A stretch of 59,002 nt of DNA, filler included, from Sphacelaria rigidula (GCA_964200075.2; 6 parts of 6 records of this genome joined end to end with filler, not necessarily neighbours in it), one strand, 5' to 3'; counted from the whole stretch's first letter, positions 23,452 through 35,994 are shown. The notes: generated by a model not told the origin, from the sequence alone. Numbers and translations: made by a program.

Positions 23452-23832
23452 GTGGACCGAGAAGCGTGGTCTGACGCAATGCGAGAAAGAGTGCACGCAG
23501 CGCTACAACAGCAACAACCATCCAACTTGAGACGGGGTGGTAATGGTGGCGGCAGCGGAGCAAGCAGCGGGCAGCCCGCCGGGGTTGCTCTGTCCCCCCG
23601 ACGACGATCTGCCCCTAGCGCTAGTTCTAGCAGGGTGGCTGCGGACGCGGATCGGGAACTGGTGTCCGGCAGGGTGCTCAGCAATGTGGGCGTCAGTGGA
23701 GAGAGACGGGGAGTACCTGACGTGGTTTTTCGGGATGGATTGGCGACGCAGGGGTTGGGAGGGGCCGGGGAAAGGATGGGGGAGGTGCTCGATATCAGCG
23801 CCCTTCGACGGACGGCGGAAGAAAGACAACAG
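23452..23832 (+). CDS. Exon, disordered extension of GFA/CENP-V-like protein
   Basis: atag|GTG GAC...CAA CAG|gtgagc, 381 nt, phase 0-0. Confidence 0.7.
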
Positions 23833-24271
23833 GTGAGCTGGCGGGCTCACAACCTTCTCACCTTTTGGTGATGATGGTATGGCGGGTGGGGGGGGAGGTG
23901 GTGGTTGTTCACGTATTTACTTAGGGGTGGTACGGGTTGTGCACCCATGATCTTGCATACCGCAGCCGTAAGATTATTGACGTTGCATCCCTACAAAACC
24001 AGGACGGAGCACGCCAAGTTGTCGCGAGGGGGAGGACCTTTCGGCTGGAAAGTTGGTCTTCGAATATAGTTTCATGGTGGAACGTTCTGCCGGTGTTCGT
24101 CCTCCCCTCCACCCCCTCATTTTTCCCGCGTGCGTTTGGTTTACTCCCCGTACAGCTTGCCTCTGCATTGGTTGGTTCCTTTTGCTCGCTGCATTTTCCT
24201 CCTGCAGTGTGTTCCATTTCCTTACAATATACACATCCTGATTCCGTCTTTCGTTTTTTGATACCGGAAAG

Positions 24272-24890
24272 ATGCGGCAGCGCATGGGCTTTTCTAGAAA
24301 ATCCGTAGGTAGCGCAGCTTCTGATATCCCCGCTGCAAGGAGCGGTAGCGCCGACGGTGACGGTAGCAACAGCGGCAGGGGTGATCGTTCGACGGGCAGC
24401 ACGTGGGGAGATGTGCTGATGCATGTGGTGTCTCTTCCTTCCGGCGCTTCGTCGTCCTCCTCCCGCGGCAGAAGCAACCTATCTAGCCACGGTAGCCGAA
24501 ATTACCCGGCGATCAGCGACCGCCACATCTACCACAGTCAGCAGCGGTATTCCCGAAGAAGTGGTGTCAGTAATGGGCTCCGGGCAGGACGGGAAGGAGA
24601 AGCAATCGAGGACGATGTATTACGAGCGCGAGGACCATCATCATCGTCGTCGTCGTTGTCGTCTCAGCAAGCGCGAGATATGGTTGAGCATGCACGTGAC
24701 CCAGCACAGCGGGACTGGAAAGCGGCAGCCAACGGCTACGGTGGGATAACTTTGCCTCCAAAGGCCGCCGCTCGCGGTAGTCGGTCGCTGGTGAGGAACG
24801 GCACGGCGGATGAGTATTCGGCGAGTGTTGGTGTGTTACAGGGCGACCAGCGGCGAGCTTGTGGGCACTCTGGGCGACGCTCGCTGTCCG
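24272..24890 (+). CDS. Exon, Ser/Gly/Arg-rich extension of the same gene
   Basis: Pyrimidine tract plus aag|ATG CGG...TCC G|gtgagt, open for 619 nt. Confidence 0.65.
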
Positions 24891-25310
24891 GTGAGTTCGT
24901 GTAGACTGTTGCTTCATCTGAAATAGCAATCGCGGTGGGTAGTGGTCGTGGCTGGCAGGCTACTGCATTCACCTTTCGCAGATGGCACTTGATGCCCTCT
25001 CTTCCCTCAAGTTCCAGGTCTCCACCGCCAAAGCCTAGCTGTTCCCAAGCTTCTTGGCAAGAGCTGAAAACTGAGATGTTAAACGTCAATATATGCCGGT
25101 GGTAGTTGATGACAAAGCCCTGCAGCTCCAGGCGCGCAGCCATGTTGTTGCTGACAGCTTCCTTGAGCTCATGCCCCAGGGTCACCGAAGGTTCTCCACG
25201 ATCGCGAAAACGCTCCCAGTTGTCTGCGCACCAGTGGATTCGAGCGCCATATTCCCGGCGAGGTTCACCACACAACTTTCCGCACGGTACGACCATGCAA
25301 GCTTTCACGC

Positions 25311-26275
25311 GTCGGACGAAGTAAAGCGTACTTCGTCGATGCGCAAATTTTCCGCGAATCAGTCATGCGATTCGCACAAGCACCGTGATTCGTGCATGTT
25401 CTGGACTCGTGATTCGTGCATGGTTTGGACGCATGATTCGTGCGCACTACATGTAACGTACACAGTCTCGCTCGACATCAATGTGACATTCGTACATGTT
25501 CAATGTTGCCCGTTGTTCATTCATGCGGCATAGATCATACGTATATGTCTCCCGCCTTTCATCTATACGGCATGAATCAAGTGTACATAATCCCCACCTG
25601 TCAGTCATGGGGCATGAATCCTACGTACGTGTCGCCCTTTCGTTCGAGCGGCATGAATCAAATAGACTTTTTATCTCACCCATCAATCGTGTGACATGAA
25701 TTATGTGCACATTGGGCCTGACCACCATTTCATGCGCCAAGACTCTTTCCTTCGGTGCATATTCCGCAACCACCATTTATGAGGCACGGCTTCTTGGTTC
25801 ATTTACTGCACCCTCAATTCGTGCGACACGACATCTACGCATGTGATGAACCTATGACTGATGCTGCATATATTTACACACACAAGAGTTTCGGCGGCTT
25901 ACGCCGGTGCGCTCAATGGATCGACTTCCAAGACACATGATGATGAATCAAGCGTACACGCTTTCCAACTGTCATTCATGTGGCATATATCGTATGTACA
26001 TGTTTCTCATCTGCCATGCAATCGGTATGAATCGTGCGCAGGTATTTCTCACTCGCGATTCGTGCGGGAGGAATCAAAGTTACATTTTTCCCGCCCGTAT
26101 TTTCTACTCCTTATTTGTGTGACTTGTTGGGGCGTGCCATGCCCGTTCGTGATTCGTGCGACGCTAGCTCGAAAATATTTTTTCTCATCTGCGACCCGTG
26201 CATGATGATTCGACACATGAATCGCACTGCCAGTCGTGACGAGTCAAGTCGTACGAATCCCATTTCATCCGACCT
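25311..26275. mobile_element. Degenerate non-autonomous element rich in CATGAATC/GATTCGTG motifs
   Basis: Weak TIR gtcggacgaa / ttcatccgac; repeated internal motif. Confidence 0.4.
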
Positions 26276-28049
26276 ACACAAGCTTCGATGATGCGGTCCC
26301 ACGATTGGTCTTCTCCATGAAACCGTCTCTACAGTATTGGCATTAACGCCGAAGTGTGGTGCATTGATTGGTGTCGTAAGTAGACTGAGGACACCCACGG
26401 TCACAATGCAGTTAGACGGCGCCCCCCAAACGAGTTGAGAGCTGTGGGGATCTGCATTTGGTGCTGCGCGCATTCAACGTCATGAGTGCATGGTCTTGCA
26501 TGGGCACGGGATGTATTCTGACAGTCGACAAGAGATCTCGGGGTGGGGCTTGCTGGTGTACTTGCTTACCCAGACTTTAGAGGACCGCTCCAAATATTCC
26601 AACTTCTTGGCCTCGCGTGGAGACGATGGCCAGTACGCACGTCCTCATAAAGTAAACTCACAAGTACGGTATCGCCATCACTTGAATGGGGGTACCGTAC
26701 GCAAATTACGTGTACAAAGCTTCTAGCGAGAGCATCAGAGTACCTCTAGAGGTGCGAGGCTTTGCCGTAGGCTAACCCTAGCACACGCATCATGACGCTC
26801 ACCGCGCGACTCTTCAAACCCTGGCAGCAGGCTTGGCAACAGCTCCCTGCTGGAATGTAGAACTAGGAAGGAATGGAAATGGTGCATTGGCGTGTGTAAG
26901 GGAAGCTACGACAATGGTGGCTCCGTAAATGTCAGTGTGTGACGGTTTTACTTCGACGGGACACCATCGCGCCACGCACTTCCCCGGTGTCGCGGTATCC
27001 TCGCACGCCCTCTGCGGGAGCCATATCCCCGTGAACTCGTTTCCCCTGCTGATTATGGACCGCCAGAGCGTGCCATTGCGTTATCGTAAGAATATGTTTG
27101 TCCAAGGAGGACTTTGGCCACAGCATACCTCGTGAGGGAAACCCGGTCGCCGCTGCGATTCCTCCAGATGCTTGAGTCGATTTGGACTGGGGAGGGGGCA
27201 TGGATCTGCTATCAGTCATTAAACATTTTCTCATCATGGAACATCCGAGACCGTGGAGTAGTGGCGGGTACGGGGCGCAGGTCGATGGATCCAACGGCTG
27301 CGGGCGTGTAAAACACATGTTGCCGTCGCTCAGTTCGATGTCGACTCCGTACACTGAGGTCTCCGATCCTGATCTCGACTATCATGTCGTCCACGTGTCA
27401 ACGAGTGCTATCGGCGATGGTATCTTTCAGCGAGGTGTAGAAACCGTATGCTTGACAAAGCCCCAGCTTCGGGGAGGGGTTGGCGAGTTGAGGATCAAGT
27501 CTGAGTGGCGTCATATCTTCATCGCGTCAGGCCCTGGTGTTTTTTCGCAAGATACGACCCCTGGCCAAATGGGGAGCCGGAAAGGGACAACCCTGAGCCG
27601 GCGGATCCTATCGACGCCCGCCAAACGATCCTAGATCACATGCATGACAGAGGAGGACCCACCTGCTTCGTAAACAATGGCCCGCAATTCCTCACACGGG
27701 CTCACCACAGGGTTTGACCGAGTACTTGTTTTGTCTGGTATGTTGAGATATTCCGCCTACTAGTGTAGCGCAGACCCCAGGTTATAGGCGATGCATCGAT
27801 GTCGGCACGGTGCACGAGGCATGGCTTCGGGGACAAGCCCAGCCATAAGCCGTTCAGATTCAGAACAGGCGCGAAAGGTTTAATGAACAAGGAGAGGGAA
27901 GTAACGCGCATAGCTACTGAACCGATCAACCATGCAACACGTGCTGTTCCGCACGTGTTGTACGAAACATTTCACAGATGCATTCCCTCAAAGAACCGTA
28001 ACAACATTGACGTACTTCCAGCTTTTGAATCTATTTTCTAGATAACTAA

Positions 28050-28260
28050 TATCCTAGCACATAGAATCAGTGTGCGAATGAACGCATCCACCATCAACAA
28101 GGGAGCAATAGAAACGCATGACACCCGAAATCGTCGTTGCCTTTCCCATCATATTCCACGATGAAGTTCTACTGTAGTATTTTCCTTAAATCCCCCTCTC
28201 CCACAGAACAACCTGTGCAAAAACCGTGTACACAGACCCCTAAAATGCCACCAGTCAATA
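28050..28260 (-). pseudogene. Possible degraded KDZ-type transposase fragment
   Basis: Minus-strand translation gives TGGILGVCVHG..GE..(stop)..DDFGC and, with frameshifts, VDAF-HSH...C. Confidence 0.3.
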
Positions 28261-29387
28261 CCTATAATACCTGTAATCGCCATGCTTGGCACACAGGTGA
28301 AAATGTATACGTGCCATATTATTCCTCTGCAACACACATTTCAATATCCTACAGATGTACCAACCATTTGAATATTTTTCTCTCCGTAGTCTTCGATGTA
28401 GATCACATAATAACCGAGGAATACTGGATCGTTATACCAGCCGTAGCTTATTTTCGGCTCCTTCATCCCTGCTCAAAAATCTCCAGTTCAACTCTCGATG
28501 ATGTGGTACTGTCTACTCTAGAGCGATCATAGCAAACGCAGTGTATATACCATTTCTGCGTGGGAAGGACATTTATAGATATAAAATTCGAATATCTTGG
28601 CACAGGTTCAGCACTCGCCCTTCCTTCATGTGTTTTAAGATCCGAATATCTGTGCACAGATACAGCACGCGCCCTTCTTTTTTTTTTTCCCCGGGAGAAA
28701 TTTAGCACGAACAACATTCGTGGCGGTCTTTCGCGCACGTAGCACAGCTTGTGCACCGTCCTTCGTGCACGTTGCTCAGCACGGGCCAGAGTTGTCATAG
28801 CAGCCGAGCACCCACATGACAATTTTGTTTCGACAGGATCTTACCATGGCATATCACAAGCCGACACTGCACATACAACTCGTTTGATTTATATTTCAGT
28901 GTATCCGCACCTGCTTGACCAGGATCAGTCATGACAACAGTGATATCTGCTCGCTGTTGCATCGTTTACACCCACAGTTAGCGTGCATCGCATGTGTGGC
29001 ATCATGATCACAAGATGAACAACGAAGACAAATCGAATCGTAGACTGGCCGCTTTACACGAACGTCCCCTTTTGTTTGGCTGTCCCCCCAAAATGGCAGT
29101 GCTTTCACACAATCCATTACGCCCTAGCTTGGGCGTAAGCCTCGTTTTGCCAAACCTTTTTATATACTTAACTCATTACTTGACTCATGCACGACGCAAT
29201 CTTCTACTCTATCGAGTATATCTGTTGAACGCAGCCCACCAAAAATGACAGTAACCCACAGTTACTTGACTATAGCTACCAACTCACGTTTGTACTTTCT
29301 CTTGCTTAGTTCAATCCTTTTTTTTCAACCTCACATTGAAATCTAAATTCCTTCCGAGCATTTCTTCGCCTGACCCACCGGATGCCG

Positions 29388-29454
29388 GTCGCCCCGGTGG
29401 CTCAGTTGGTAACCTCGTAACCTTCTGACGGTTGAGTTGGGGGGTTCGATTCCC
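29388..29454 (+). mobile_element. tRNA-derived SINE head (truncated by contig end)
   Basis: gtcgccccggtggctcagttggtaacc...cttctgacggttg...ggttcgattccc; same family as 1684. Confidence 0.75.
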
Positions 29455-29554
29455 NNNNNNNNNNNNNNNNNNNNNNNNNNNNNNNNNNNNNNNNNNNNTT
29501 AATTAATTAANNNNNNNNNNNNNNNNNNNNNNNNNNNNNNNNNNNNNNNNNNNN
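29455..29554. other. Artificial contig linker
   Basis: N44-TTAATTAATTAA-N44. Confidence 0.98.
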
Positions 29555-29869
29555 AGCGTTGCGGCGCACATGCATACAACAGTATAGTACAGTACAGTAT
29601 AGTACGTCTCTCCGACTGAAGCAGCAGCTGCCGCTGCATACTCCCTTGCACGTTCTCGGCAATTCTCAGCTACCGAAAGCAGCTGCTTATTAACAGCTTT
29701 ATCATCCCTGTCCACTACATACATTTGGACTGCACACTGCAAGTCATCGGCAGAGCGATACGCAGAACTCATTACGGTAGCTCCTTTTGTCTTTCCACAG
29801 CCCGCCTGGGTTTTGTGCCTCGTGAAAATGACCACATGGTGGCATGTACACTCCTTCCCGGTTTTTCCC

Positions 29870-30224
29870 TGTCCACCCTGTGTTAGTGTAAATTACTAAG
29901 TTTCGGTAGAGAATTGGGACCCAAAATACACTCCGGAAAAACTCGGGAGCGGTATACTAAGAGTAAGTGATACCATAAAACCAAGCTGCGACCACCCTGC
30001 ACTTGAAAACCTGGGGAGGCTTATCTGGGCCAAGGATAGGGCCTCCACACGATCTTTTGCAGTGACATTACACTCGACAACAATCCCCGCGCTGATCGTT
30101 CGGGTCTGGTCGATTAATTTCGCCTCGCCGTGATTGGGCAGGTCGCTGAAATACATATTTTTTATTATTTCACCAACACAGGGTCAACCCTGTGTTAGTG
30201 GGGGTCCGGTCCCAAAAGGGTTCA
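29870..30224 (-). mobile_element. piggyBac-like element end with subterminal repeats
   Basis: CCCTTTTGGGACCGGACC terminus at 30220 (flank ttca, an imperfect TTAA); accctgtgttagtg repeats at 29876 and 30187. Confidence 0.5.
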
Positions 30225-30839
30225 GAGTATGTGAGCAGCAAAACGAAAACTCGATGGATCTTGACGGGCCATTTTTTGGAGGATAACCACAATTCCGAAT
30301 ACTATTTTCAGATGTGTACCTGGGGAGAGATGCGTTGATCCTTTGAAATTGCGCACTCGTCTCAAGGTACAGCGGTACAGCGGGAGGTGAAAGCGTGAAA
30401 CGAATTACATCTACTTTGAAACATTTTGACGCCCACGACCTTTTAGACCTAGATTCTGGCTTCTGACCTTTCCGTCCATTCCTAGAGGATGACCGCGGTG
30501 TAGACGTGGGTGGCCTGCAGGAGTTTGTGATGAAGACAAGCTAAATGCTGCGGTTCCATGTGCGTTGCTTGCACTTGTCAACATGTTGTACCCGTTCTGC
30601 TCAGTGGGCCGAGGGATTGGGGGGGAATTTCCCGCAATCTTCGGACACATCAAAACACCACCAAGCCTCTCCCGCAGGCGCCGCTTACAGGACGTGCACT
30701 CCCACCAAATACGCCACGCCGCTTTTCACAACAGCTGTGTAATCACGGTATTTTGGTGGTGCGATCACGACTACTGGAAACGTTGGCTTTTCCTAAAGAT
30801 AGTTCCCTCACACCCGATGATGCGACACGCAATCAATAC

Positions 30840-31022
30840 CTCTGTCGCCCGTGCTCGCCGCTCCCCGGTTAATCTTGGAATCGCTCACAGACGATGCTCC
30901 AAGAGAGTTGTCCTGGACAGCAGCTGCCGGCGCAACTCCTCCAAAAACGTTGGGCACATCGGCTGGGGCTGCGATGATCAAGCTCACTCCCAACAACAAC
31001 GCGGGAGCTACGCGCTTAGCGG
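30840..31022 (-). CDS. Exon 2 of plastid/thylakoid-lumen-targeted protein (possibly pentapeptide-repeat family)
   Basis: acacag|CC GCT AAG (phase 1 with exon 1) ...GAC AGA G|gtattg. Encodes AKRVAPALLLGVSLIIAAP...APAAA-VQDNSLGASSVSDSKINRGAASTGDR: basic residues, hydrophobic core, AxA site. Confidence 0.7.
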
Positions 31023-31299
31023 CTGTGTTGATATTAACATCCAGATGTACATGATGGGTGATCGAGGAGTGGCGGGACGGGATTATTGCGAATACTGTCA
31101 CAGTTGGCGCAAACCCACCCACGAGCATACCACGACGGACTACCTGGCAATTCTGACTATGTAAGTCAGAAGGAAACCAAATTGTGGTATGCGTGTGCGA
31201 CGACTGAAGGAGAAGCCGCTCAAGTCTACGGAGCATATGGCTGGTCCATTAATACTGTCAATATCTTGGTTGACTGCTTTGGTGGAATTTGGGGCCTTG

Positions 31300-31625
31300 A
31301 GTCTCGCCCGTAGTCGGACCCTATGTTCATTTCTACTTGGCGTTGCGCGTCGGGTTGGAAAGCCGGGTGCGACCCCCTGAAGTCCGAATGACCATCTGCG
31401 GCACCGGATCTTCTGAGGTTAGCCACATATATTATCTTCTTTATTTTTCATCCCTGTTTTGCTTGTATCGGGTTTTGTGAGTGTTAATCTAGGTCTATTT
31501 AGTTATTTTGTTCTTTGCTAGCCTGTGACCACGGAAGGCGTCTGCATCAGATGCCCAGTACGAATGTAACGCGCAGATATCGGAGCGGTTTTTAATATGA
31601 AGGCAACAACGACGACAACAGCAAC
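31300..31625 (+). mobile_element. Retroposon 3' end; inverted copy at ~54585-54830
   Basis: ctgcggcaccggatcttctg and gcctgtgaccacggaaggcgtc...cagatgccc are shared; short (CAA) tail. Confidence 0.6.
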
Positions 31626-31870
31626 TGCTGAGTTACTCAGCCAGTGCTGGCTGAGTAACTCAGCAGTCAACCAGTATCTTGGAATAAGTCAAGTTCGGAG
31701 GGCTCGTCGCATACCCCCGAGCACTCACACCTCAGGGTTGCCATCCCCGTAACTAACGCTGATAACGTTAACTGGTCGACTCGCTACTTCTCTGTGACGT
31801 CGAAGTTCTCATGCCTCTCACTGAGCTACCCAGCCAGCACTGGCTAATTAGCTCAGCAGTCAACCAGTGT
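31624..31870. repeat. Nested palindrome, duplicated
   Basis: Perfect 21-bp inverted repeat at 31624-31667; degenerate copy at ~31820-31870 with the same downstream cagtcaaccagt. Confidence 0.85.
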
Positions 31871-32355
31871 CTTCAATACCTCCCTTCGGTGGACCCTTTT
31901 CAATGGGTGCCGATGTGACGCATCTGCGTATCACAGCTCGGCAGCCGTTTTCATCAATGAAGGTGTTTCGAACACCCGCATTTGTTCAACCGAACTAGAT
32001 ATAGCAGGTTTGCGTTGTGCAGCCATGTACACTTGAACAAAAGCCCAAGCCAATCATAGCAGTCATGTCATGCACTGCTTCATGGAAGGCGCAAAAGCGG
32101 CGGGTGGGGGTGTCGGACCAAACTGTACCACACTGGCGTTGTACCGTACCTGATGCTGTGCTACAACTCGGACTGCTGTCATGCTGTCTGGAGAGAACTC
32201 ATGATGCCAAAACATGAAACAACGTCGCCACCGGGTAAGTTAGGGGATGTGCACTAGCGCCACCCCCACCACTTGAGGGAAAATAGTACAACCGCGTTGG
32301 GGAAACTAGGCAGAAGATGAGACGTTTCTTTGTGCAGTGATGTGCTCCAACTCAC

Positions 32356-32539
32356 CGTCTCCCCAGAGCGACATGCTCAGGGCAGGAGCCGGATCTCTGC
32401 TGCTACCAAGCTGCCGATGGTGTTGATTTCTGACAGAGTTTGTCAAGCCCCGGCGGATTTGAGATGGCGCAATGAATGACATAGCTCCTGGTATGTTGAT
32501 TGGGCAAAAGGCTAGTACCATTAATATTTTCGTGAACAT
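32356..32539 (-). CDS. Exon 1 of plastid-targeted protein (signal peptide + ASAFAP-type transit)
   Basis: MFTKILMVLAFCPINIPGAMS-FIAPSQIRRGL...SMSLWGD, donor G|gtgagt. Confidence 0.7.
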
Positions 32540-34588
32540 TTTCGTGCTGCTGCCGGTGCAGGCCGTGTGTGTGCTGCCTCGTGTTCTTCACAATGCAGAC
32601 AGTACCTTGGACAGTACAACACTACAGTAGGTTCAATGTCAACAACGCTATATATGCCCAATGCTGCTGTTCTGATCCGCGGTCATGAAAGGAATCCCGC
32701 AAAGACAGAAGAGGGTAGTTTATCAGGTTTAATACAACATCAAAGTAGTCTCTCCACGAAAAATGAAAGGTTTATACGTTTTTCAGGACCTTACATTCAA
32801 ATTATGTGGAATTAGCACTCGGAGTTTTGACGTGAAAGTACACTTTACTACTGTTGTATTGTGCATCTGGAAAATGCCTCTAACATACAATAATGGTAAA
32901 TGACCATTTTGTCATGAGGCTGAAAAAGGACCTTCTTTGCAGCACGGCTGCTCTCACACAGGGTGGACGCCAATGACAGGGGGTGCACCAAGGTATAGTA
33001 TAATGAAAGTATACTGGAAATAATGGTATTTTTTTTCTGGCCACTGCCTTGATTTCGCCCGGTCGCGTTTCGTGGGTTCCTCGCTTTTGGGGGGTGTCAT
33101 CTGGCCTGCTGCCTTGGCGTGGTGTGGAAACGCTAGGGGTAGGGTCAGTATTCGTGCGTAAAGGCAGCCATCGATCGGCTGAATGTGACGGCTGCTCAGC
33201 CCTTTTTGGATCTGTCAAACCATTATCTATTGTTAAAGAGGGACTGATCCCTGAGGGTTACCTGCGATGGTGCAGTATAGCTCGCGCTAGCGAATACCTG
33301 TGCTCGTAGACGATAGGCTTAGCAGGCGACGGTGTATAACACCCCCCCAGGGTTATGAGTCGTTTGGCCTTCATTTCCTCGAGAAGCACGACTGCACACC
33401 CGAAAAATCGACTGAGCGGTCGAAGATTTCACCGTAGTACTCCCAACCACGCATGTTCCAGTGGTGCTACGAATGCTACTTCCGAACAAAATGAATTTGA
33501 AGCACTCGTCACTCTGGACTGTTCATTGCCTCATTCAAGGTGCCGTACTTGTAACCCGACACCTCGAACGCCTCCTGACACTCTTGCCGCATGTCTCTGT
33601 GTCGCATTTGGCGCTGAAAGCTCTGTGCTGCAGCGTAATTTTTCGTCAGGCATTCCGCTACAGAGAGGCGGAGAGTGTCGTTAGCCGTTGCAATCATTGA
33701 GTAATCAGCTCCTCGTATGCCTCATGACACTCCGAGAGTGTCTGCCATGTGCTCGCCTCCAATGTTGCCTCGCACCATACGTGAGGGGGGAAGTCACCCC
33801 GCGGTGATGATCTCCTCTGGCTTCTCTCAAAATCTGCGATGCGCCCAATATGTGCAATCAAAAGAAATCATTGATACATGTCAAGACTTATCCGTATATG
33901 AGATCTATTGGTAAGGCAGGCCCTTCCTCACAAGAAAATCGCCGTTGGCAAGCATGTTACTTGGGCATGTTATCCCACGGTGGTCAACGGGACTGTCTGC
34001 ACACGCAGCGGATCGGATGTCTGTAAATCGATGGCATAGCGCGGCAATTTGACTATCTTGATAACTGGTGACCATGCCTTTTTAGACGTGTTGCTCTGAG
34101 AATACGCCAGGCCTCGGTGTTTTTATAATGTCAACCACGATACAGCACCAGGTGCCGTCGGTGCTTGCTTTGTTAGTTATTGCGACAAAGCTCTATGGTC
34201 ATCTTCCAGGGTATTTTGACATTGACAAATAAGTCCTCCTGTGTTCCAGAAATCACATGATATGACGCAAACTATTTGTACCGAACACCCCCAACGGTTG
34301 TACCGCCGCTCCTTCCTTCACACATCGTCTTCACGAGCAGCACAAGGCGGCACCACCCACAAGGGTGACCAAAACCCCGCTAAAACGGAACGGACTTCTC
34401 TCCAGGGTAGCGTAAAGTAGAATCGTTGATATTCGAGGTGGCGCAACGTCCAGCAGACGACGCCCTTGGCAGGGGCAGCTAGTGTTGCAAAAACAAGGCA
34501 AATTTCACAATATACAATCTGGCGCGGCGTTAGGAGTGAGGGGTGCTACGCAGAGTGCGGGGTGTTCCCGACGAACGGACAGGCTAAA

Positions 34589-34690
34589 ATGAAGCGGAGC
34601 GCGACAGATGCCGGAGGGGGCGCTTCGCCAGGGCACCCGCCCAAGATCCCAAAGACGACCTCGTCGGATCAAGTTGGCAAGGGGAGTGAT
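34589..34690 (+). CDS. BRE1: Exon 1 of BRE1/HUB1-like E3 ubiquitin ligase
   Basis: aaaATG; MKRSATDAGGGASPGHPPKIPKT (bipartite NLS-like) |gtaagt. Confidence 0.6.
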
Positions 34691-34994
34691 GTAAGTGAGC
34701 AGCTAGAAATACCGGTGTATTCCTCGCTGTGTGTTTCTCAGGGTTCAGTATGTCTTGCATTTCACATCCTACACGCGTTGAAGCGAAGCTGAGGGATAGT
34801 ATGGAGTTGCTGGAGACATTTTCCTGCATTTCCGCTCTCCAATTGGCCTCATGCGTGCCAATGTCTCTTTGTAGCTTGCCCGCTTGTGCGACAGCCTATC
34901 CAGCCAAAGACCTCGTGTGTTGTCGTCGATCACAAAAGCCGATACGCGTGTATCCCACGTGAAACATATACCGCCCTCAAAATGCTCATCGCAG

Positions 34995-35171
34995 GATAAT
35001 GGCGGATCCGACGACAGAACAATGCTCCTCAAGCACAACAGCGAACTTGTCGCTGACATGTATCGCCGCAAGCGCCAGGAGCTGCTATTGGAGAAGCACA
35101 TCGCAGAGGCCCACGCGAAACAGGGGCACTACGACGCCACGCTTTCCGCCGTTAACCGAGCCTGGGATCAG
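34995..35171 (+). CDS. BRE1: Exon 2 of BRE1/HUB1-like protein (N-terminal coiled coil)
   Basis: LLKHNSELVADM...LLEKHI...KQGHYDATLSAVNRAWDQ, continuing VLADL; resembles the BRE1/RNF20 YDxxLxxVNxxWxQLxxDL motif. RING domain not in contig. Confidence 0.65.
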
Positions 35172-35542
35172 GTGTCTACACTTTGTGTCTAGACGTTCTT
35201 TTGCCTTCCGTCACTCGTTTATTGCGTGCGTGTGCAGTTTGTGTTGGTGTTCTCAAGTTTTTGCTCAGATTCAGGTGCGCCGAATGTATTGTGGTTGGAA
35301 GAGCCAGTGTGTGGCGTTGTCTTTGCTCCATATGTCCCATAAGTAGCACCATCTGCGTTTCGTTTGGGGTCTCCAGAGGAAGAAAATATATCGGCGTGTT
35401 TCGCCGGTTGTGTGAAGCTGTCAAGGGTTCAGTCCATGTGCGTCAAGCATCCCTTTTCCTCTTGTGTGCGTTGGCGTTTGTCGTTTCGTCTTCTTACGGT
35501 GTTTCATTGATTCACCGTCCGGCCTTGCCGCCCGTCGGGTAG

Positions 35543-35702
35543 GTTCTAGCGGATCTGCGTACGGCGGCTAATGTACTGGGACTGGGGCCCAGACCATTGC
35601 ACGTCAAGCTCAGGACCGATGACGACGACGACGACGACGATGACGATGATGACGAATACGACGAAGTGCCTTTCAAAGTCGAGATCCAAAACCAACTGAA
35701 AG
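35543..35702 (+). CDS. BRE1: Exon 3 of BRE1-like protein (poly-Asp)
   Basis: gtag|VLADLRTAANVLGLGPRPLHVKLRT-D(12)-EYDEV...QLK G|gtgatg; phase 1 to the next exon. Confidence 0.6.
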
Positions 35703-35994
35703 GTGATGAGATTCCGCTGCCGCTTCTACTGCTGCTCTTGCTGCTGCTGTCGTCGTTAATCGTTGTTGATTTTCGTCTTCACAGCGCAGACCCGCACAGA
35801 TCTTCGGTCGCAGTATCCGATTGTATAAACATTCCGCTGAACCCGATACACAACAAACGTCCGTGGTATAACCCCAGAGTCGTTCATGTGTATTATATGT
35901 AGTACCGCACTATACGATACGTGACACTCTCGCGATATTAGGCGTTAACTATTAACGCACATCCGGTAAACTCTGAATAATGACGACAACCCAG

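Noticed and set aside
24900..27960. Protein-like minus-strand remnants, possibly an old CRE-like LINE
   Set aside because: Too degraded; I could not reconstruct diagnostic RT motifs with confidence.
29590..29835. Minus-strand ORF as exon 3 of the lumen protein
   Set aside because: No convincing phase-1 acceptor and no pentapeptide repeats; it probably lies within the piggyBac-like element.
30565..31164. 199-aa plus-strand ORF
   Set aside because: Antisense to the spliced exon 30840-31022; no recognisable motifs.
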